A stretch of DNA of 64,000 bases, from assembly GCF_006345805.1 (NCBI RefSeq), contig NC_043005.1:26040001-26104000 (forward strand), written 5' to 3'. This stretch comes from Octopus sinensis. Lineage: Eukaryota. The translations under genes were made by a program, and so were the position numbers. Position 1 is the stretch's first letter; every line of letters begins with the position of its first letter. Below, piece by piece: positions 12,560 through 24,960 of the stretch. Under the pieces are notes generated by a model, which saw nothing but the letters and a program-made list of their open reading frames with translations, ran no database searches and was not told where the DNA came from.

Positions 12560-13720
12560 TAATCTGAGTTTTCGAAACAATATTATTTTCTTTATCCAAT
12601 TATGGCATTGTGGTCGAGTGGTTCATGGGTGGCCACCATAGTAGCCTCCATATACGCCAATTTAGTAACAGGATAGCATAAAACAAGATTTGCAATCAAT
12701 CACTTCTAGCATTTGGAAATGTTTTCCACAGATTTTAAAAAGAAAAACTGGAAGAGTTTTTGGATGATAGTTTCGTCTTTTGACAGGAAAACCTTGACAA
12801 ACTTACAGAATTTCAAAATCTAATCAATGATATAAATAAAGATATTCAGCTCACAACGGAAAGTTGCCGGAAGGAACTGCTTTTTCTGGATATTTTAATT
12901 ATGAAAATAGATGGGAAAATAGAAACCGATATTTACTCAAAGCCCATAGATTCCAACCATTACTTTTTCTCTATATTTTGTCGCTATAAATACACAAAAA
13001 ATATAATTCCATGCAATTTAGCAAAGAAAAGTACGTACAATACTATCCAGAGATTCCGATTAAACGTGATCAAATACTGAACAAACTGAGAAATACACTT
13101 GTGCAAAAAGCCTTCCCATTTCTTTTAACTATTAAAGTAATAGAGATGGCAACAGGTATAGATTTTCAAGATCTAAGGAAAATAAAAGCTAAAACTGACA
13201 GAAATTTTACCTAATGTCTCCACATCAAATCTCAGTAATGTCAAAATATTTTACCTCCTTTTCTCCCTTTTCTATATACGATTTTTTTAAAAAATGAAAT
13301 TAAAATTCTTGAAAATCAACAAATCATCCAAAACAACAAACAACCTAAACTATTGTAATACAGACCATCTGGAGCAAAATATTACAAACAAATACATAGT
13401 CAGTCCCGTGATTACAAAATGCAAAAGAGAAAATTGTAACATCAGTTTCTGTTAAATTGACGGTTCGGAATTCAAAGTTTGAAATGGACAAACACGTAAC
13501 GTGAAAGAAAACTTCATTTGTAGCCCTATGTCCCTAAACTGTCTAATAACATGCCGTGGATGTTTGGGAAATTAAATTGGGCCGACAGGACGAAATATAA
13601 TCACACAAGAGACTGACCCTACACCGTCAACAAATCGGTGATGAAAACCATGGAGCGATTCCTTGAACTGGACACAGAACAATATATGCAATGCTGAAAC
13701 TTTTTAAGCTTAAAATGTCG
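12560..13720 (+). mobile_element. Decayed Penelope-like element: RT core/thumb plus GIY-YIG endonuclease
   Basis: Hand translation across frameshifts gives MG..(A)TIVASIYANL, WK(R)FLDDSF, LLFLDILI, IETDIYSKPIDSNHY and VKENFICS...LITCRGC..*IG.TG...RLTLHRQQI. Confidence 0.75.
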
Positions 13721-14947
13721 GAATTCTGGGGAGATAAGTAAAAACGAATTCGCACAGTTAATTTCAAAGTAGTTTGTATTAATTATTAATAGTCATTTCG
13801 TTTTGAGTTCAATTCCTGTGTACGACTGTGCTTTCTAGACTGAAAAGAATGCCAGTCATGTAAAGATGGTCCATCAAATCTACTAACTTCTTTTAGTCAT
13901 TACAATTGCGACCGGGTGCCAGTAGCAGTAACACGTTAAACTATAGAGGGCGATCCAAATAAACATTATTTATACCAAAAATGAAGTTGTTTAGGACATG
14001 TTAGTTAAAACCGCGGTCATTGTCTCTAGAATCCGAATCTATGCGGAGAAGATTCTGACTGATTTCTAACCCATCATCTCAACCACTCGACCATGACGAC
14101 CTTCCACCAACCTGTGACTTTTTATCTTGAAGGACAAGTTCACAAGCATAACATATAAAGTGAATCTTTTATCTTTTACTAAGCAATTTGCCTGGTGTAG
14201 TGATGATCTTATTAGCTCGTCGCTTTATTTTCCACTTTAATATTAATATTAAAGTTCAAATTCCACCGAAGTCGACATTGAGATCGATAAAAGAAGTACC
14301 AGTTGAGTACTAAGGTCAAGGTAAGCGTCTTATCCCCTCACCGTGAACTTGTGCCAAGATTTGAAATCAGTATTAATAATGAAGTTGGGCAGTAGAAATC
14401 TTTTTAAAGAATTTAGTGTTAAACACTTAAGGTGATGCGGTGTTATCCGTTTAGCACAAGAGATATCCTACTAGATGTCTTGCAAACAACTTGCACATAC
14501 AAGTGCTACCCGTCAAAAACTCCGCATACTGGAAGCCAGCAAGTGCATGGGGTCATCAGGAGAGAATGCGCGCCGTTTCAGGGCCTACCTCTCGACGGCA
14601 TCAATGCGCACCGGCCCCCCTCACTGATATCAGGCCCCGCCTGCTAGATCAGCTGGTTATCAAATAAAGCTCAATATCCTTCTGATATTATGATATTTTG
14701 TAGAATTATATGAAACTATTCATTTATTTGCAGAAAATAATCTAAACTTTGTGGGAAATTTGACTGGCGACTGCTGGTGCTGCCACCTATAGTTGCTTCC
14801 AGAGTAAGAGAGTGAGTGAGAAAGGGAGAGAGAGAGAGGGGGAGAGAGAGAGCTTATTAAGAAATAAAAGAGGAGGTGAAGTTTCACTTTAAGGGGAGAG
14901 AACCGCTCAAGGTTTATTCTTCTTTGTATCGTTATTATTATTATGAG

Positions 14948-15150
14948 AAAGGCGGCGAGCTAGGCGAAATGCTTAGCGATATTTCGCCTGTCTTTATGTT
15001 CTGAGTTCAAATTCTGCCAAGGTCGACTTTGCCTTTTGTCCTTTCGGGGTCGATAAATTAAGTATCAGTGAAACAATGGGATCGATGTAATCGATTCATC
15101 CCTCCCCCAAAATGGCTTACCTTGTGACGAAATTTGAAACCATTATTATG
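14948..15150 (+). mobile_element. Family A SINE
   Basis: AAAGGCGGCGAGCTAGGCGAAATGCTTAGCG...GAGTTCAAATT...GGTCGACTTTGCC. Confidence 0.8.
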
Positions 15151-15229
15151 AGAGATCTTTTTCTTATGAGTGGGAGAGAGCATGTGAAATTATAATTTCC
15201 ATTAAAAAAAAGAATAAAATACTGAGTAA

Positions 15230-15311
15230 CGTCGTCGATAGGATTCGAACCTATGCGGGGATACCCCAATGGATTTCTAGTCCATCGCCTTAACCACTCG
15301 GCCACGACGAC
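15230..15311 (-). tRNA. tRNA-Ser-AGA: tRNA-Ser(AGA), intact; variable-arm loop TAT
   Basis: 82-nt class II cloverleaf GTCGTCGTGGCCGAGTGGTTAAGGCGATGGACTAGAAATCCATTGGGGTATCCCCGCATAGGTTCGAATCCTATCGACGACG; oligo-T downstream. Confidence 0.92.
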
Positions 15312-15971
15312 GCTTCGACAAGTGCGTCTATCTTTTATCTTTTATTTTTTACTCGTTTCGTTCATCACTGTGCGGTCATACTGGAGCACTGCCTAGACGA
15401 ATTCAGTCGAACAACTCGCCCCCACTACTTTAAAGTCTGATAATTAATTATTCTATCGTTCTCATTTTCTGAACCGCTAAGTATGGGCGACTTAAACAAA
15501 CCGATATCGGTTGTCAAGCGGTGTGTGTGTGGACAGTAGCGTCTGGTGGCTGCAGTGGCAGTGGAGGTTGTATTTTGCGTTGTGATAGTTGCGGCTGTAG
15601 TTGGGTGTAGTTTGTTGTTCTTGTTGCAGTTAAAGTGGTGTTTTCGGTTCTCTAACAGAGGAAGCAGCGGGATGTTTGTTTTGTTCTTTTTTGTCATCTC
15701 TTAGTCATGCGATGAATCAGTACCAATGATCTTTGAGAGGGGCTCCAAGACTTGTGGGGAGGAGAGAGGAAGGGATTCAGACAAAATTGCACTGAAAACT
15801 TCCAAGATACCAGATGACGGTGTTAAACCGGAAGATAGATTAAGTCCACCATCACAATAGACCATGATATGGATTTGAATTCAGAATTCAAAGTGCCGCA
15901 GCACATATACACTATACTATATATTTATTATAATATATGTGCACTATATTAATAATTAAAGGTGCTACAAA

Positions 15972-16461
15972 TAGTACCAGCACGCTAAAAATAGCAGTCA
16001 GAAGACGACCACAGCCACAAATTTTCACTGATACACATTACTTGAAATCGGGGTCATGAACAGAAATTCTAAGCCCCCGTACCAAATACGAAAAAAATCG
16101 ATACGGGTATGCCTAGTTTTTCAGTTAGGCATACCCGTATCGTCACAATTTCAAATTTTGTGAAAATGCCACTTAGCTCTCATCAGCGAGTCTTACTGAC
16201 CCGAAGGTCATAGAAACTGCCCATCTCAAACAATGATCCTCAGGTTAGTAAGACTCGTTGATGAGAACTAAATAGCATTGTCATAAAGTTTGAACTCATG
16301 ACGATACGGGTATACCTGGCTTTTCAGTTTACGATTCTTTTCGTTGTTGGTACTGGGGGCTTAAAATTTCTGTTCATGCCTCCCGATTTCAATTAATGTG
16401 TATCAGTGAAAATTTGTGATTGTAATCGTCTTCTGGCTGCTATTTTTAGTATGCTGGTGCT
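15972..16461. mobile_element. MITE-like element with long imperfect inverted repeats and an internal 17-bp perfect hairpin (16099-16142)
   Basis: Left arm (15972-16200) is the reverse complement of the right arm (16245-16461); left part repeated directly at 18593-18922. Confidence 0.7.
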
Positions 16462-16611
16462 ATTCATTAATAATGTTTTACCTTATGGTAATTTTCACGC
16501 ATGCTCTCCCACTTGATATTATTGTAAACAATAATATTCTTATAAATATTTTTATGCACTATATTATGTATTTATTATATCATACATACATTATATTATA
16601 TTTCTATTATA

Positions 16612-16910
16612 AAGGTAAAGACCCCCTTCGGTCATGAATGACCATGGGATTGCACCGAGAAAGTTACCCTCCTAGACACAAGTCCGGGCAAGGTTGTTTA
16701 TGGAAGACCAGCAGTCGCCCATGCATACCAGCCTCCCCTCTCCACGCCACCAGTGTTATCCAAGGGAAAGACAAAGGTCGATACAGCTTGGCACCAGTGA
16801 CGTCGCAACTCATTTCTACAGTTGAGTGAACTGGAGCAACGTGAAATAAAGTGCCTTGCTCAAGAACACAACACGCAGCCCGGTCCGGGATTCGAGCTCA
16901 CAACCTCACG
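16612..16910 (-). mobile_element. 5'-truncated family B SINE with 12-bp TSD
   Basis: ATTTCTATTATA at 16600-16611 and 16911-16922. Confidence 0.85.
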
Positions 16911-17219
16911 ATTTCTATTATATTAAATATATATATCCGCTATATTCTATTACACTTTATTACACTATATATGTGTGGCCCAAACATATGTTTAGTCTGC
17001 AGTAACCCATCTTAGTAAATACCGTAAGATATCTGGTCCGACGTTCTTACAGTTCCGTTCATCCACCATCCTTGATCGGTTCTTTTCTAATTTTTTTTTT
17101 TTATAAATCTCGAAAGCATGAAATACAAATTTGAGTGCAGTTGAATTCGAAATGTGATCGCAGACAATCAAAACAACTAACGCAAGGTTTTTTTTGTCTG
17201 TCCTTCTAACGGGTCCGCC

Positions 17220-17983
17220 AGTTCGCTGTTGTTGTTATTGTTGCTGTTTTGTTAGCTTTTGCAGGTGTAGTGGTGATTGAGTGGATGAGTGGGTACTGGT
17301 GTTGATAGGAGTGGTAGTGGTTGGTGTGTGTGGTTGTGGTTATGTTTGTACTTCTGACTGAGATGGTATCTGTAGTTTTATGTATATGCGTGTGTGTTTG
17401 TGTCTGTAGCTGTATGTGTGTGTGTGTGTGTATGTGTGTGCGGGCATGCGTGCGAGTGTGTGTGCGCATGTCTGCATGAGTGTGTGTATCAGTGTGCACG
17501 TATTCATGGTTAGTTGTAATTTATGCCAAAGTGGTGGTGCTGGTGGTTGTGGCGGTGAAGATTGTGATACTGGTGCTGGTGCTGGTGGTTGTGGCGGTGA
17601 AGATTGTGATACTGGTGCTGGTGCTGGTGCTGGTGGTTGTAGTGGTGGTGGTACTGGTACTGGTAGTGGTGGTGGTGGTTGTAGTGGTGGTGGTATTACT
17701 GGTGGTGGTGGTGGTACTGGTGGTGATGGTGGTACAGGTGGTAGGGGTTTTAGTGATGGTGGTGGTGGTAGTACTGGTGGTGATGGTACTGGTGGTGTTG
17801 GTGGTGGTGGTACAGATGCTGGTAGTTGTAGTGGTGGTGTGATTGTATTTGTATTTGTGATCGATGTAATGATTGAGGTTGGTGTGCACGGTGACTTGCA
17901 CTTTATAGTTCTGGATATGTCATTGGTGGCAGTGAGGGGGTGAAAGTAGTAGTAGTTGTTGTAGTAGAAAGTAGTATTAGTCG

Positions 17984-18015
<32 letters not shown>

Positions 18016-18090
18016 GGTGATCGTGGTGGTAGCGGTGGTTGCATTGATGATTGTGATGACGGTTGTGATGATGATGACGACGACGGCAGT
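17220..18090. repeat. GT-rich low complexity ((GGT)n, (TG)n) with a 42-bp tandem duplication near 17533-17620
   Basis: Direct reading; source of the Pro/Thr/Gly/Val-rich ORFs. Confidence 0.85.
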
Positions 18091-18592
18091 TCTTGTGATT
18101 TCTGCTAATCCGCTGAACTTGTTATTCATAAATAATGAGGAACGACAAAATTAATTTTGCGCTAAATCGCCATATTATTCATTAGCAGCGAAATGCCTTG
18201 TTTCTCATAGGCTGGTGGCGGAGAAGTGGAGCAGTGGGATACCGGTCCCTTAACGGCCCCCTGTGAGGATTACAAAACATAACAAAAACAAAACAAAACA
18301 AAAAATTGACGAACGACGTATCACGCTTAATACAATTAAAATGGTTTTAAAAATTATGTGGATGCAGATTGCATTTTCTCTTCTAATTAATAAAAACTAA
18401 TGAGAAATCAGAGAGCAAAAAATATTTCACTGACGAATTTTGAGTGAGGGAAGCTGGTATTTAGAAGATTGAGAAGCACAAATATAATGCTTGTGTAGTA
18501 ATGTCTTGTAACGATATGGCAGTTGGAAAATAACTAAGAAAAGTTTACTGCAAACTAAATATGACTGTGGTAGGGTCACATATATTTAGAGT

Positions 18593-18922
18593 AGAATTCA
18601 GAATTCAAAGTGCCACAGCACATATACACTATACTATATATTTATTATAATATACATGCACTATATTAATAATTAAAGGTACTACAAATAGTACCAACAC
18701 GCTAAAAATAGCAGTCAGAAGACGACCACAGCCACAAATTTTCACTGATACACATTACTTGAAATCAGGGTCATGAACAGAAATTCTAAGCTCCCGTACC
18801 AATAACGAAAAGAATCGATACGAGTATGCCTTGTATTTCAGTTAGGCATACCCGTATCGTCACAATTTCAAATTTTGTGAAAATGCCACTTAGCTCTCAT
18901 CAGCGAGTCTTACTGACCCGAA
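18593..18922 (+). repeat. Direct copy of 15877-16203, truncated by a SINE
   Basis: GAATTCAGAATTCAAAGTGCC...CTTACTGACCCGAA shared. Confidence 0.85.
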
Positions 18923-18926
18923 TAGA

Positions 18927-19205
18927 TGTGAAGGCGCGTGGCTCAGTGATTAGGGCCGCGTTGTGTCCTTAAGCAAGACACTTTATTTCACGTTGCTCCA
19001 ATCCACTCAGCTAGCAAAAATGAGTAGTACGTGTATTTCAAAGGGCCGTTCATGCCATACTGTGTGTCACGCTGAATCTCCCTGAGAACTACGTTAAGGG
19101 TACGCATGTCTGTGGAGGGGTCTGCAACTTGTACGTTAATTTCTCGAGCAAGATGTTCCGTTGATCGTATCAGCTGGGACTCTCGTCGTCGTAACCGACG
19201 GAGTG
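18927..19205 (+). mobile_element. tRNA-derived SINE, family B head with alternative body (B2)
   Basis: Head GAAGGCGCGTGGCTCAGTG; body matches the reverse complement of 57130-57443. Confidence 0.75.
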
Positions 19206-19245
19206 CTCCTTTCTTTTTTTTTAGTGTATATATTATATAATAAAT

Positions 19246-19791
19246 CTATAACCCGGCGTTGCCGGGTCTAATGCTACTCCTGCATATTTAGTCTTTCATG
19301 AAAATCCCGCTCTCTTGTCTTTCACTTAGTCTGACTCGTTAATCATTCCCTGCATTTCTCAAACCAAAAAGCCTGCACGTTTGAAAGCCAAAACACATGA
19401 CAACGCGTCTTCGCAAAATACAAAAATGCGCTGAGTCATACAGACTGTCTTCAAATGCGCACTCGCATTCAACTGTCAACGGTAAATTATCTCCGTCCAA
19501 TCAAAAAACAACTGGCAGTCTATTGCCGTATCTAGCTGTACGCACGCCCGCGTATAATTTTCTGTTTTTGCGATTTTGAATGGATATGCCCATGTCTTAT
19601 CGAATTTTTAAATGTCTTTCTGGGGTGACTGGGGAAATGAAAAGATCTTCACCCTCAGATAGTTTTGAAAGCCCATAGAAAATGCGAGCCTTTTACGTGA
19701 AAAACTGTGGATTTGTATAAAGGACACACAGACACGCAGACACACAGACACACAGATACATAGACATTTTGCCGTTTATAGATATAGAGAT
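19246..19791 (+). mobile_element. Non-autonomous Helitron/Helentron-like element
   Basis: 5' hairpin ACCCGGC-GTT-GCCGGGT (19251-19267); (CAGA/CACA)n near the 3' end; 3' end TTTATAGATATAGAGAT. Confidence 0.5.
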
Positions 19792-20150
19792 ACATATTAG
19801 AGACAGAGGTATTAATAATACCGAGAGGCAATATTTATGTCCACTTCAGCGTGGATGTTCTGCTGTACTGCGGAAGATCCCATGAGAGAAACCCTCATAT
19901 TATCTTTCGGTGGTGCATTTTGCACCAAAAATCAATATAAGAATTTCTCTCATGCTATCTACCAGAGTATAGCTTGTTCTAATAGAGCATCCTCGTTGAA
20001 TTCCACATTGATTAATTCATAATCACGAGTTCGTTATCATAAGAGCGACTGAACGAATATCTAACTGTTGAGGAAATTGAATGAATCTTCCTGAAATGCC
20101 TTATGTTTGTAGAGGATAGTTTTCCTCTGCAAAAAGAAGAGACTAAGGAA

Positions 20151-20232
20151 CGTCGTCGACAGGATTCGAACCTATGCGGGGAAACCCCAATGGATTTCTA
20201 GTCCATCGCCTTAACCACTCGGCCACGACGAC
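20151..20232 (-). tRNA. tRNA-Ser-AGA: tRNA-Ser(AGA), intact; variable loop TTT, T-stem U.G wobble
   Basis: 82-nt cloverleaf; TTTTTGCA downstream. Confidence 0.9.
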
Positions 20233-21058
20233 TGCTGGCAGCCAAGTTCATCGTTATATCTTATAATAGTAAAGTTACGATCATTTGTCGATTCTTTTTT
20301 GCTATTCGAAGTAATTTTGTTGTTATCGTTTGTATGGTGATGGTATGTTACAATGTGTAATAGCGGTAATAATAAGATTTATGGAAGAAGCGTTGTCGTC
20401 TTCGATTACAGTATCCAATATATACTTTCTCTTTTTTATGACAACAGTGTACATTTTAAGGAAGATTTAGCAGCTATTTCTCACAGATCAAGCAGCTATG
20501 TCGAGTCCCCGTATTGGGCGAGTTCGTTTGACAATACTGAGGTGAAAGATTATAATCCTATTTGCATATTATAATATGCAAACCGTCGTTTCAGATGTCT
20601 CTGTACACAAGGCAAATAACTTCTCGGTTGTTTTTTTTTTTGGGGGGGGGGGGGGTTATCGGTTGTCGGATATAATCACTGATCAGTAAACAGCTTCGTT
20701 TGCTGAAATTATAAACAAGAGCAAAATCTCCAGTGTGGGCTGTTTAACCTCATTTAATCAAAGTTTACCTACATGTTATATTATTTATGTGACATCTTAT
20801 TGTATTAGTACTGTATTGTATTTAGTGTGTTGTAGTGAAATATTTAGAATGTACTCTAGTGTTTGGATAGAGTGCATTGCATTATATTATCGGGTAGTGT
20901 TTAAGAATAGTAATGCATCGTAGTGCGTGCGACTAGGCGACTGTAACATTAACGAATGTAACTATAGAGACTGATAAAGTTAACATATTAGTGCTATTGT
21001 TTATGTCAAAACTATAAAGTTGTTTTAGTTAAGCAAATAAAAAAAATGGGTAACCGAC

Positions 21059-21123
21059 CTCATCGATAGGTTTCGAACATATGTAGGAAGACCCCAGCGT
21101 CTTAGCCACTGGGCCACGACGAC
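21059..21123 (-). pseudogene. tRNA-Ser relic with the anticodon arm deleted
   Basis: CATCGATAGGTTTCGAACATATGTAGGAAGACCCCAGCGTCTTAGCCACTGGGCCACGACGAC aligns to both ends of the gene. Confidence 0.75.
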
Positions 21124-21527
21124 CTAACGCTGCCTCAAATCTCTCTGCTGATAGGTAAACAAGCAGTTTCTTTTTTCTAAAAGTGATGTTGAATTCTGTT
21201 GTGTCTGGGGAGAGTCATTCTCTTTTAGTGTCTTATATTTTAATACACTCACCGGTAAAATTTCCACTCATTTACGTTTTTCTTTTCCCAAAATTTTCGT
21301 TACGTCTTGCACCCTTTTCAACATTTGCTGGTAAATATTATGGAATAGAGTCGATTTTCTGATGCTGATAGTAATTAAAATGATAAACGTGAGAATTTTT
21401 TCTGTAATTGAAGCTATCATATATTCTTGTGTTATATTCGTACCAAGTGTGGTAATTGGGTGAAGTGGTGTGAGGTCACGTTATGGTTTGCAGAGAGGTG
21501 TGTGTGTAACAAATATCAGACATTATT

Positions 21528-21588
21528 CTCCCACAGACATAGCGCGGTCTCCTAACCCCAAGATTCCGAGTTCGATTCCAAGCAGTGA

Positions 21589-21641
<53 letters not shown>

Positions 21642-21832
21642 TAATAATAATAATAATAATATAATAATAATGATAATAATAATATCGAAAGACACCATAG
21701 GAATGAGAACCCAGGTTCAAAATTTGCCCGAGACACCTGATATGAAGGTTGGGGTGTATATGAGCCGAAACGTTGTGTTAACAACAAACAAGATGAGGAC
21801 AAATATCCGTCAAATGTAAATAATATAAATAA
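21528..21832 (+). mobile_element. Composite SINE family D (A box deleted, B box GAGTTCGATTCC intact; HHR at 21732-21779 with a 2-nt core insertion)
   Basis: Head, (AAT)n and tail in the same order as 3675-4017. Confidence 0.75.
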
Positions 21833-23070
21833 TCTATCTACAGTTGTTGAGGATATTCATAGAAGGGCGATGTATCCGTAAGGTGTTAGCTGAAATGAGA
21901 TTTTGTAGGGCCTTAAAATTGTAACAGTTTTGACTAGTATGGTATAATGGTGGGGGTGGAGTAGTTCACCTACCTCGCAGATCTTCTCATAACGTCCTCC
22001 TTTCCAGTTGGGATATATCTGTGGGAGCCCTGTCCGTTTAAACTCTGACCAGAACCTAACGGCAAATTCCCCGAACTTACGAGGCCACCACGTCTGTCCC
22101 GAGCGACAGCTCCAGAGCAAAAGAGAACCCCAGCTTTGTCATCTTCCCGCTCACGTGACCCTCTTCGCCCCTGTCCTCCCGTAAAGGCCCCTTGGCCGTT
22201 CGCGTGACGCTACTGACCCTATGCTTCAGGCCCGCCTCAGCCTCACAACTACTTATTAGATTTAAGGGTCCCGTATGAAATGCAGAGTATATTAGTGTAG
22301 AGTAGTGCAACGAATTGTAGCATAGCCTGTAGTCTATGGTGGTGTAGTTTGTGCTGTAGTAAAGTGTCGAGTATTATGTTTTGTAGAAATTCATTGAAGA
22401 AGAGCTTGTAGTGTATTATAGCACAGCGCAATGTAATGTATTGTAATGTTAATGTGTCGTATAGTTTATTGTATTGTACCATAATATACTGTATTGTTTA
22501 GACGCAGTGTTTACTTGCAAAATCTTCTGTAGCTTAGTTCTAGAATATGCAATGCGGTTCAGTATATAGGAGTGGTTTCAATATTGTTGTTATAATTCAG
22601 GATTTTTATTGTAAAGAACCTTAGCAAATACCTGCTCTTATTTAGTAATGTTTGTTTACATTCTGAATTTAAAATCCCTGCTGGACCAGTTTTATTATTC
22701 TTTCGCCAGATATCGATAAACATTCTGTTATACAGCAACGGAATAACGGAAAGTTACGCTGCAGTGTTAACATAAACATAAAACCTTAAATTTCAGAGCG
22801 TCTAAAGGGAATTTATTGACTGAAATATTATTTAATGTTGAATATTTTATGGAGTAGGAAGCTTTAGAGATTTCGAACTGTTGTTGAGTTAGATAAAACC
22901 ATTTCAAAATACATATGTTAGCTGTTTTAGTAGCTTAAACGCAATGCTAGTTAATATTTGTTAATAAAAGTAACTAAAATCGCGGATTTGATCCGAATTC
23001 CGTAGCATCTTGATCCTTATTTTGCCATAGAGTCGATTAACCGAAGACATGGGAGTAAATCTGGTTAGAT

Positions 23071-24560
23071 CAGTGTCTACCAAACTTTTCTACCTTATGA
23101 CACACTGGGCGAGGAGAAATTATTTTGCGGCACACCAAATGAAAATCTCAACAAAATTGAATCTACTTTATTAGTATGAACAAAAATAAATAAATTGTTA
23201 CTATAGTAACAATAAAATAACATTGTTTTATGAGCATATAATATATAGGTAATATAAGACAATAATAATGTTTTTTGTGAGAATGAAGCAATTGGTTTTG
23301 AGAAAGAATTTTGTGGAAACGAGGCTCTAAATTAGATACGCAAATACGTAATTCTTCGTCTACCATCTGTAATCGTTCCCGTTTTTTTTACTTCATTTCC
23401 ATGAGCGCAGAGATACCTAATTCGCAAAGATACGATGATCCAGAGGGCAAGAGAGATTTAACGTCTGCAGTAGCTAAACGAGAATATTGGCGCCGAAGTT
23501 GAATCCAAAATTCTGACAGCTCTAGCACAGAAAATGAGGCTTTGTGCACAGGATCGTTTTTCAAGTCTATTAGATTTTCTTCTTCTGTTAATGTTAATGG
23601 AAGGTGTGTACTGTCGTATCTTGCGAAAAGATTGATGACCCACTCGTACATTTGATAATCAAGTGAGGGAAAATTCTCAGGAATTTATACAGACAGGTTT
23701 TCTACTGTCTTTCTGCACTTCTGACAAAATTTTTAATTTGTTTGGAAAAGTTTCTACGCCTGGGAAGCAACCAAGTTGCGAGATTTTAACTTTCCTTATC
23801 CACAATTCTAATTTGTCGGTGAAAGACATTGATCTGCCTGTAATTGTAATAATAATTTCGTTCGCTCCTTGCAGACTCAATTTTTAATACGTTCAACTTC
23901 CCAAAACGATCGTTGAGAAATTCTACTTCCAGCCCCCAATTATCATCGTTAAGAAATTCAAATCTAGAATTTTCGGCATCAAAGAAATGTATTTCGTTTG
24001 CAAAGAGATAACTCAAGAGAACACTTTTCATTTCGAGAACCATCACACTTCTGTATGAAGCAGTAAACACTTAAAATAAGAACCCATAGTTTCACAAAGG
24101 GATGCAAAACATCTGCACCGTAGGGAATGCGATTTTCACCACTTTAACAGCCTTGTCCATCGTCTTCAGATCATCAGGTAGAGATTTTGACAACAAAACT
24201 TTGCAGCGAATCATAAAATGTTTAATTTTAACTTGTAAAATTTTTTGTAATACATGTGCCACGAAGCCTTTTTTTTTCGACCCCGCATGTATGGAGCGAC
24301 ATCAGTGCAAACGCTAATACAAGTTTTCCACTGCATCCCTCTCAATATTTTTTAGCTTCTCAACGTATCCTTTTCGTTGGTCCTTATGTTGCGGATGATT
24401 TGTTATTAAATGACGTTGAAATTTACGGGGAACGATCGCTTCATTTGCGAGTATTGTCAAACAAATTATGCGAATTTTCTGGATTGGTGTCTTCCAAAAA
24501 TCCTGAAAATATTTTTTGCGGCCCACCACTACGTTGCGTCACACAGTTTGGCAGACACTG
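23071..24560 (-). mobile_element. Internally deleted hAT (Charlie/Buster-type) DNA transposon
   Basis: TIRs CAGTGTCTACCAAAC / CAGTGTCTGCCAAAC (14/15); flanks GGTTAGAT / GGTTAGGC (6/8); BED-like IICLTILANEAIVPRKFQRHLITNHP and C-terminal FWIQLRRQYSRLA...LLPSGSSYLCELGISAL peptides. Confidence 0.88.
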
Positions 24561-24764
24561 GGTTAGGCGGAAGCAGTAAGTTGTGCGTGTCATTCCGAAG
24601 TCTAGTTTCGTGACATACTGTGTCACTGTGTCTCGGCCTGAGGAACATTTAAGGTCACAGACGCTTGTGGAATACTCTGACACTTACATGTAAACTAGTA
24701 AGTAGTTTAATGAATCGAATAATTAAATGCTCATCGTTGACACCGACGGAGAATCTCTTTGTAT

Positions 24765-24960
24765 CATTAGTTTTACCACAATGTAGACTATTAAAGCGGC
24801 AAGCTAGAAGATTCGTTAGTACATCGGACAAAATGTTCAGCGACATTTCTTCTGCATCTTTTCGTTCTGAGTTCAACTTTGCTTTGATGTTTTCGGTGTC
24901 CATCAAATAAGGAGTCAGTAAAGTGCTGGGTTCGATGTATTCCACTTGGCTCTTTCCTTC
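24765..24960 (+). mobile_element. Family A SINE, degenerate
   Basis: AAAGCGGCAAGCTAGAAGATTCGTTAG...TTCTGAGTTCAACTTTGC. Confidence 0.65.

Noticed and set aside
14430-14650. CpG-rich patch with a 71-aa ORF
   Set aside because: Too short and featureless to call a gene or promoter
16140-16305. CUGAUGA/UUGAUGA motifs in the 16-kb inverted-repeat element as HHRs
   Set aside because: No U16.1-H17 site, and the GAAA/helix III geometry does not fit
17340-18044. 234-aa Pro/Thr-rich ORF and overlapping Gly/Val-rich ORFs
   Set aside because: Read-through of (GGT)n/(TG)n repeats, open in several frames on both strands, with no domain signal
21857-22260. GC-richer segment with short ORFs as a host exon
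   Set aside because: No recognisable domain or splice evidence; probably a retroelement remnant that I cannot classify
22290-22560. Degenerate TGTAG/TGTAT pentamer-like tracts (also 20790-20960, 56020-56440, 57780-57910)
   Set aside because: Old low-complexity repeats with no consistent unit or higher structure
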